Shown piece by piece: positions 56,794 to 64,000 of a stretch of 64,000 bases of DNA; the stretch's first letter is position 1; each line of letters opens with the position of its first letter. The DNA is taken from NCBI GenBank assembly GCA_051294905.1, contig CM119373.1:1924001-1988000 (forward strand), read 5' to 3'. This DNA is from Botryllus schlosseri. Its lineage: Eukaryota. The notes under the pieces are model-generated. The model worked only from the letters and a program-made list of their open reading frames with translations. It was not told where the DNA came from and searched no databases. A program made the translations under genes and the position numbers.

Positions 56794-56961
56794 TTGCAAC
56801 AGCTCGGAATCGTCGACAACTCAATGAAAGAAGATGGATATGAAATACTCGTTCACATTCTGAAGCTGTCAGATTGCAAGGAATTGGTGCTCGAAAATTG
56901 TTGTCTCACCAAGACTAAGTTGCAAGGAGTGTTGAACGGATGTCGGGATCAAAATATCCAG
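56794..56961 (+). CDS. NLR gene, duplicated 168-bp LRR exon copy D
   Basis: Same splice sites. Encodes LQQLGIVDNSMKEDGYEILVHILKLSDCKELVLENCCLTKTKLQGVLNGCRDQNIQ. Confidence 0.88.
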
Positions 56962-58561
56962 GTGCGTCACCATGAACAATCCGTAATATCCAAGAAGACA
57001 TGTCATCTTACGATTCGAAATTGTTCGTCATCCTACTTCGCCTCAAATCCAGACATGGGGTAATCGCGATTAGTAATCGTAATCGATTACGACGATTACA
57101 GCATTTTGAAGTAATCGTAATCGCAATCGATTACATTCGGAAAAAATCCGAAGTAATCGTAATCGTAATCGACTACTTCCCATATCTAATCGATTTGTTT
57201 GTGAAAGAACGATTACTTTTTGTTTATACAAGGACTATGACATAAACTGAATATTCGTGAACAGGAATGAGATAATATACCACGTTAGCGTTAGCACAAA
57301 CGTCTGTTTTCAAACGCCACTGACTCATTATTACGTCAGAAGTATTAGCTCCGCTCGTCATTGCGTAACAAGTATCCACACATAGTAAACAGACATGCGA
57401 TGGACATTGTAGTGTGATTGTATGAACAGTGAACACCTCCCGTGGTGTATATCAGGTTATCAATACACTACAGAAGCCGCTACCTCGCAGCAGGATATTG
57501 ATCACCACTCTGCCTGTAGTTTCAAATAGTAACTTATGTATTAATGTTTGGTTGTGCTTAGTTAAACGCAGTTTACCATTGCTGCTTGGCGAGCAGGAGG
57601 CCTACGTACGCACGTGCACCTGACGAAGATTCGGAATTTTGTACTCGTCGAATAAGACATTGCAGTTTCCACAACGAAGCATTACAAACAAACAGCTGCT
57701 GATATATCTCATAACCGAGCCAAGCTTAGCCGTTTCTCGTAACAGCAGCTCGCTGTATATGTATTAAGTTGAAGGCAGAATTTTTATGTTAACCATATCT
57801 TATTCTCATATAACTACTTGAAACGGGCGTCAATCGTTATTTCACAGTTCGTTACTTAGCATTTGGACCTGCCGCCATAACCATCCGCTTATATAGCCTG
57901 ACATGTTAGCGTGGGTTGTAGCTAGAATCAGCAATTCAGCCAAAACAGCAATTCCCCTGTCCAACCGTTGGTCAATTTTCAAAAGTGAATATTTCGTCAA
58001 TAATATTGGTAATTGCGTTATATTACTATTCATTTATAACCTCTCTGAGCCCCGAGTGTCAGATTTACCTGTAAAGCTGGGGCACGTAATTCATATTCAT
58101 AGCATCTGGTATGTTGTTGTAATTACTGTATGTTGTTAATTCGCGACCTCCAGTCCGTTGTATAATCACAAGATATTGTACTCGCCAAAACGTAGCAGAC
58201 TAAAAGAATATCTTTTGTGAGACGCACACACAAATTGTCATGGCTTTATTCTTTTGTGGATGCGCCGGGTGACATTTGCATTGCGGGCCCAGATTGGAAA
58301 GACAGGAGTTATTAGTCCCGCCCACTCAGCGCGGCTATTGACAATGGACGAATACCCTAAGTTTCGGCCAAGGTATTTCTTTGGTATCACATCCCGTGGA
58401 GTTGCGTGTTGGCCGAAACTGCATATGTGTTTTGGTGTGTTGTAGGATCGTGGCGCGGTAATGACCGGCTACGAAATGCCTGTTCCCTTAAAATATAGCC
58501 TATGTATGTTTTTTCTTGAGGGGAAGGAGGTATGCATTTCAAACCCAGCTATCTACTGGAG

Positions 58562-59504
58562 CAGGGGTCATCAACTGTTTTGAAACAAAAAACTACTTCT
58601 TGTGTAGTGTGTACTGATTATTGCGACGACCGACGGGTTACCTCGTACTCCCATCGTTTATCCATGTTCAGTTGGATTTCTTCACTTAGAGTAAGACAAT
58701 CAGAGCACTGGGCCGGGTTTCCGCCCCTTATCAAGAAAAAAAAAACGCTCACTCGCAGGGACTCACACCAGCTCCTCCAAGCTCAGTTGCGTTGCTGCAG
58801 TGCGCGCAGAAGCGCCGATCTCCGCGTCTAGACTCGGGAAAATTAACTATATAGATTCCCGTTGAGCCGCCGCGTGGGCGAACACAAGCAATGCCCCGAG
58901 CGACTGCGTTCGTATGTTCCTTGGCGTCGGCCGACCCATGTTCAACTGCTGCTCATATGAAACGAGCTTCAACTATCAAATCTCTCATTTGGATATTTGC
59001 TACAGCGCAGGGGTGGCCATACGAACGGGGTGGGGGGGGGGGGGGCTTGGCGAGACTTACCGGGGGCCCCCTATAAGAATCTCTCCGTAACTTATGGGGG
59101 GCTTCGCCCCCCAGACCCCTCTTTCGCATCTGTTATTATTATCTATCTATCAAGGTTTGGCCAGGTGCTGGATTCGGCCATGTCTATTTTTTCATGTGTG
59201 CAAAGATACACGACATTAAAACTAAGTAATTCTACCGTATGCAGAGACGTGATGATTATCGGGATATGGTACTTTTCTAACAAATGCAAGATTTGATGAT
59301 GATTGACACATCTATACGGAATCCTATTCTTGCCTTACACGGATTTCCATGTTTATTCGTTATTATCCTTGAAAAAAGCGCATAACTCAAATAGGGGAGC
59401 CCTTCGGCCAGCCCCCCTGGCGACCGCCCACCTTGCCCACCCCAAAAGCCACCACTACTACAGCGACGGCGGGCGACTCATTTGGTCCGCGTTGGTGACC
59501 CCTG
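58562..59504. mobile_element. Nested hAT-type MITE
   Basis: Ends CAGGGGTCATCAAC / GTTGGTGACCCCTG; TSD TACTGGAG / TACTAGAG. Confidence 0.82.
59008..59457. mobile_element. Doubly nested hAT-type MITE
   Basis: Ends CAGGGGTGGC / GCCACCACTA; perfect TSD CTACAGCG (59000-59007, 59458-59465). Confidence 0.78.
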
Positions 59505-61144
59505 TACTAGAGATATTTGAATCGCAAAGCTCGAAAAACATTTACAAGAATTAATTAAATTCTCGAAAATGCTCTATAATATATGTTGGTTTACGAAATA
59601 CTTTTGAGTCCCCTTCGAGCACGCACCCACTCTATTAAGGAATTTTGGGCGCGGCATGTAAAGACCTGGCAATAAGGCAAATCGTTGGATGCGATAAATC
59701 ATCCACTATAAAGTTGGGCAATTGATATATTATGACGTAATAAGCAAATGACGCATGATGAAGAAAGTTGATATCTCATTAAGCCTTTTCATCGCAGTCC
59801 TTGTATTGTCTTCCCATATATCATTTAAGATTATAGTCCTAAGCTAAACAAATGTAATCGTGAGTAATCGTGATTACTTTTTCAATGTAATCGTAATCGT
59901 AATCGACTACTTCCTGATTTTGCTGTAATCGTAATCGTAATCGTAATCGCGTGCTTCCGAAGTAATCGTAATCGCAATCGATTACATTCATAAAGTAATC
60001 ACCCCATGTCTGCTCAAATCCATGCAGCACAAAATCGTTCATCATTTATTCTATCGTTTACCAATACTCGGCGGAGGTAATTCGAATACCGCAGGGGTTT
60101 AGTATTTTGCAACACAGATTACTTTGGACATTTTTAAAATTGTTGACGACGCGACAGCGTAGATATCATCAATATAGGAATATTCATGACATAAATCTAG
60201 CCGAAAAGGCCGAAAGAGTGATTTATCTAGGGCTAGGCTCCTCTTCATGCACCAGATCGGTGGGAGCGGTTTCTTAGAAAAAGCCTAGAAGTGGACCGTG
60301 CTATGAGTGCTCTCAATATTGCAGGCCCTGAGCATTTTCTGCACATCGATCAATATATATTTTTAAAATTAAATGGCTCTTGGCTTTGCATTCAGGACAT
60401 TTGTTTTACATGAAATCGAAGTTTGAATCATTGGTAACTCAGAGTATATATTGCACGACATTAAAAGCTGGTGATTTTGTCTATTATAACATTTGAGATT
60501 CTATATAGTTTCTGAGTGACGTAAAAACCGAGTGAGTGTTTGACTTCGATTTCCCAAAAGTGTTTATGAATACTGGCTGAGTGCCGTACAAACCCTAATA
60601 CTGTCGTTATTGAGTGATCACTAGTAAATTAGTAATCCTAAAACCACATATAGATATGCTTTAAAGCTGCCAAACACAGCAGACCTGCCGTCTCCTTGGA
60701 TTCAATCGGACAGATTACATGCCGATATCCTAATGGCGACAACATTTTGTAAGAGGCAAAGATTGCTATCATTCCAGTCAACAGAATTCTACGTCGAAAT
60801 CGGCCCCACACATTTGTTACTCAGAAGACCGAGTTTTTAAATTTTGCCAGGCAACTAGCTCATAGGTCATTTTACAAACTTCTCTTGTGTTAGAGTGTAT
60901 TCGATCTAATGAAATCTGGAACATTCTACTCGACTCGAGGATCAATTCTCGATTCGGAATCGTATCTTCGGAGCCTCGATGTCGCCAACCCACCATTGAA
61001 ATATTATTTTACTTGAAATGATGGCGGAGCTATCGTAGCAGAGTAATGTGATATTAATAGTATTTTACAGTTTAATGACAGCAATTTCAATTTCATTTTC
61101 GAAGTCTAATGAAAGTAATGTTATACGATATTTTATCATTTTAG

Positions 61145-61312
61145 TTGCAAAAGCTCGTTATCACCGACAATTCAATGAATGAAGATGGATATGAAATACT
61201 CGTTCACATTCTGAAGCTGACAAATTGCAAGAGATTGGTGCTCCGAAATTGTTGTCTCACCACGACTAAATTGCAAGGAGTATTGGACGGATGTCGGGAT
61301 CAAAATATCCAG
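61145..61312 (+). CDS. NLR gene, duplicated 168-bp LRR exon copy E
   Basis: Same splice sites. Encodes LQKLVITDNSMNEDGYEILVHILKLTNCKRLVLRNCCLTTTKLQGVLDGCRDQNIQ. Confidence 0.88.
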
Positions 61313-62555
61313 GTGCGTCATCATGGTCAATTCGTGATATCCATGAAGACATGTCGTCCAACGATTCGAAATTGTTTGTCATCGTACCTCGCCTCAGAAA
61401 CCATATAGCATAAAATCATTCACCTGTTAATCTACCGTTTACCAATACTCGTTAGACGCAATTGGAATACCACAGGCAATTAGTACTTTGCAACACAGAT
61501 TACTTTGGATATGTTTAAAATTGTTAACGACGCGACAGCGTAGATATTATCAATATATGAATATTCATGACAGTAATCTAGCCGACGAGGCCGAAAGAGT
61601 GATAAAAATAGTTTTAGTGTTTGATGATGCGGTACCATGCACCTGTTGTCAAGGCGTCGAATTTTGGAATCCTAGAATGATTGTTGCTGGTGTTAATGCT
61701 GAAAATAATTTGCAGGTTTGTTATGGCATCCCTGATCTACTGTAAGGTAGTCGCCAGAAAAGGAACAATGTTAAATTTAGGATTTGGGCCGAAAATTAGG
61801 CACACTTTCGTACTTTTACGCTTAGGTTTCAGGTAAATCAAATATATAAAATTTCCTTTATTGTTTTGACAATTGATATGGGTACACCTACGTCCATCGC
61901 GATAATAGAACATGGTACAGAAGTCATGGTCAAGTTTCAAAACAAATATAGCCTTTAGCGGGGCTATATCGTTATACCTATGTTATATATATGTTTATAT
62001 ATATGTGTGCGTAAAGTTTTGGATGTATCCTTCCAATTCATATTCCATAATGCACGCAATCAAACTTTAACTATCATTTAGGCCTACACCTTATTTCAGG
62101 GGCGGGCAACATACGGCCCGCGAAGGGATTTTGTCCGGCCCGCCGAGAGTTTTTATTCCGAAAGTGAAATTTTATTGTGAATGTATTGACAACTTTTCTG
62201 CGTCACAGAATGAATCGAAGTTTGCGAACCTGAAAAAGATGGACATTAAACTATACTTGCTCGGTTCGGGTCTACTTACATCTTCTACCATCGAACCAGT
62301 GTTGGGATGACTCGAGTCACCTTTTTCGTATGACTTGACTTGACTCGAGTCACCTTGGAAAATGACTTGACTTGACTTGACGCTTCTGAAATGTAGATTG
62401 ATTTATGACTCGAAGCAAAATTTACGAGTCAAGTTAGAGTCATCAAGTAATTTTATGTTGACTAAGTCTCTGTAACTTGTACAAGTTCGCCAAACCATCA
62501 TTGTTATATCACAAATATATTGATTGCAAACGCAGTGATCGGAGCTTATACAACA

Positions 62556-64000
62556 GCTTACATTGTCGTAAACTTGCTTACCTCAACCAGCCCTCTTGTA
62601 TATAATTTAAATCAAACGAATATCGTTCATACGTTTATAATTGTATATCGTTGATAAGTAGGTGGGTAGGGTATTGAACTATATCAATTTTAAACATTCT
62701 GAGGTTTCGTATGTTGTCCTCTATTTTGGCTGATATTTAAAGACTGGCTACATCGCCATACTTGCGTAGTTGAGCAGTTCTGCGTATGCGTGAGCGATAC
62801 AGCGCCTCTTCATTCCATTACTCCTCGCCACTTAATCCGCGTAAGCCGTGACTTGCGCAAAGTCTAGAAGTGGGCCGTGCTATAAGTCGGCAGTTGACGA
62901 ATAAATATGAAGAATATTGGCCTGGTGTGAATGGCCGTAGTAGCTGACAAACACCATGAATATCTCAAAACAAACAAACAAACTATTTATTCGTTCGTCG
63001 ATTCCGAATAAATGGGTACTTCATCTGTATTTAAAACAGTTAGCAAAATGTAATGACTTTGAATCATGTCCAGTACGTTGAAATTTCAACTTGACTTGAC
63101 TCGTGACTTGACTTGACTTGACTTGTCTTGACTTGACTTGACTTGACCCGAGTCACCTTTGAAAATCAAGTGACTTGACTTGACTCGAGTCAAAATGAAT
63201 TGGCAACAAAACGTTTCCATGAATCTCGACGAAGTCACAAAATCAATGTAAATACAGGCCAATGGCACACAAAGGCAGACAAAAGTTTACAGGGGATCCA
63301 AATATAAATAAGCAGTGGGACAGTATTGAATGCTTACACATCGGAATTGTATACTATATTGTTCCACATAATTCCATCGTTAATAATTCAACGGTATGAA
63401 GTGTATGCTCGAGCAGTATAGCTAACCCGTCGCTTCCACAATTGCATGTCTTAAATTGATATTTATCCAAACTTCAAGTCAAAAATATGGATGTGCGAAC
63501 CTGAATCTAGTAGCTATGAAATTCTAAATCCGATATTGATCGAATGAACCCTGCAAGATTGATATCTGAAATCGGTTCATCAAACAAACGGTATGTGCGA
63601 ATTCACAATCGTAATATCGAGAATCAACATCTGTGACTTTTCAGTGTCTTCTGATGGGAGTGCAATTCTTCAAAAAATATCACAAACCATAACGTATTCT
63701 TTATTGCAGTCTTGCCATAGCGGTACCCTATATAAAAAGATTGATGTGGCAATTATACAATTCATTTTTTATGTCGAAACAATAATACTACGTGTCGACC
63801 GGCACTGATATCTTAATGTCTAATATAATGAAAATCGAAACCACTAAGAATAATATTGTTAAAATTTCGTCTCCACCAGCTTCAGAAACTGCCCATCTTC
63901 GACAGTACACTACTCCCGGGTTCTTATTATGACGTGGCGGAAATTGCAAAAGCCACCAAATGCGCCGAAGTGTGTGTACCGAACCCAATTCCAACGTCCA
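62556..64000 (+). repeat. Near-identical duplicate of ~51579-53210
   Basis: Starts at gcttacattgtcgtaaacttgc in both copies, with very few substitutions apart from (ACTTG)n length; runs off the window end. Confidence 0.93.

Larger units (their letters stand above)
57050..60012. mobile_element. hAT-type non-autonomous element with (GTAATC)n subterminal repeats, unit D only
   Basis: TIR CAGACATGGGGT / ACCCCATGTCTG; perfect TSD CTCAAATC (57042-57049, 60013-60020); empty site near 18581. Confidence 0.9.
17054..61815 (+). repeat. Tandem segmental duplication array of LRR-exon-bearing units
   Basis: The anchor cactgatt(t/c)agcg(c/a)tccataact recurs near 17060, 25185, 35900, 46890 and 55515, and a 5'-truncated unit starts near 60221. 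Long shared intronic blocks are mirrored by repeated spurious ORFs (e.g. 19356/28351/39265). Boundaries are approximate. Confidence 0.92.

Overview
AT-rich, intron-containing eukaryotic DNA, probably from an invertebrate animal (the taxon cannot be determined from sequence alone). The window is dominated by one spliced + strand NLR (NACHT-LRR) immune-receptor-like gene. It has a candidate upstream exon (2136-2207), a large NACHT exon (5392-6521), two downstream exons (6648-6810, 11826-12148) and seven exactly 168-bp, phase-0/phase-0 LRR exons (12869, 14009, 18333, 26509, 37228, 56794, 61145). The last five are near-identical paralogues, each carried in its own tandemly duplicated unit (about 1.4-11 kb), and their differences concentrate at the exposed xxLxLxx beta-strand positions in a patchwork pattern. 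One further unit (about 46.9-55.5 kb) lacks the exon. The introns hold many non-autonomous DNA transposons (hAT-type with 8-bp TSDs, a piggyBac-type, a TA-TSD type), a tRNA-derived SINE family, a Penelope-like GIY-YIG remnant, a 177-bp satellite, and mini/microsatellites. No N-terminal effector domain and no certain terminal exon were identified, so the gene probably extends beyond the window. All exon calls are manual predictions without transcript evidence.
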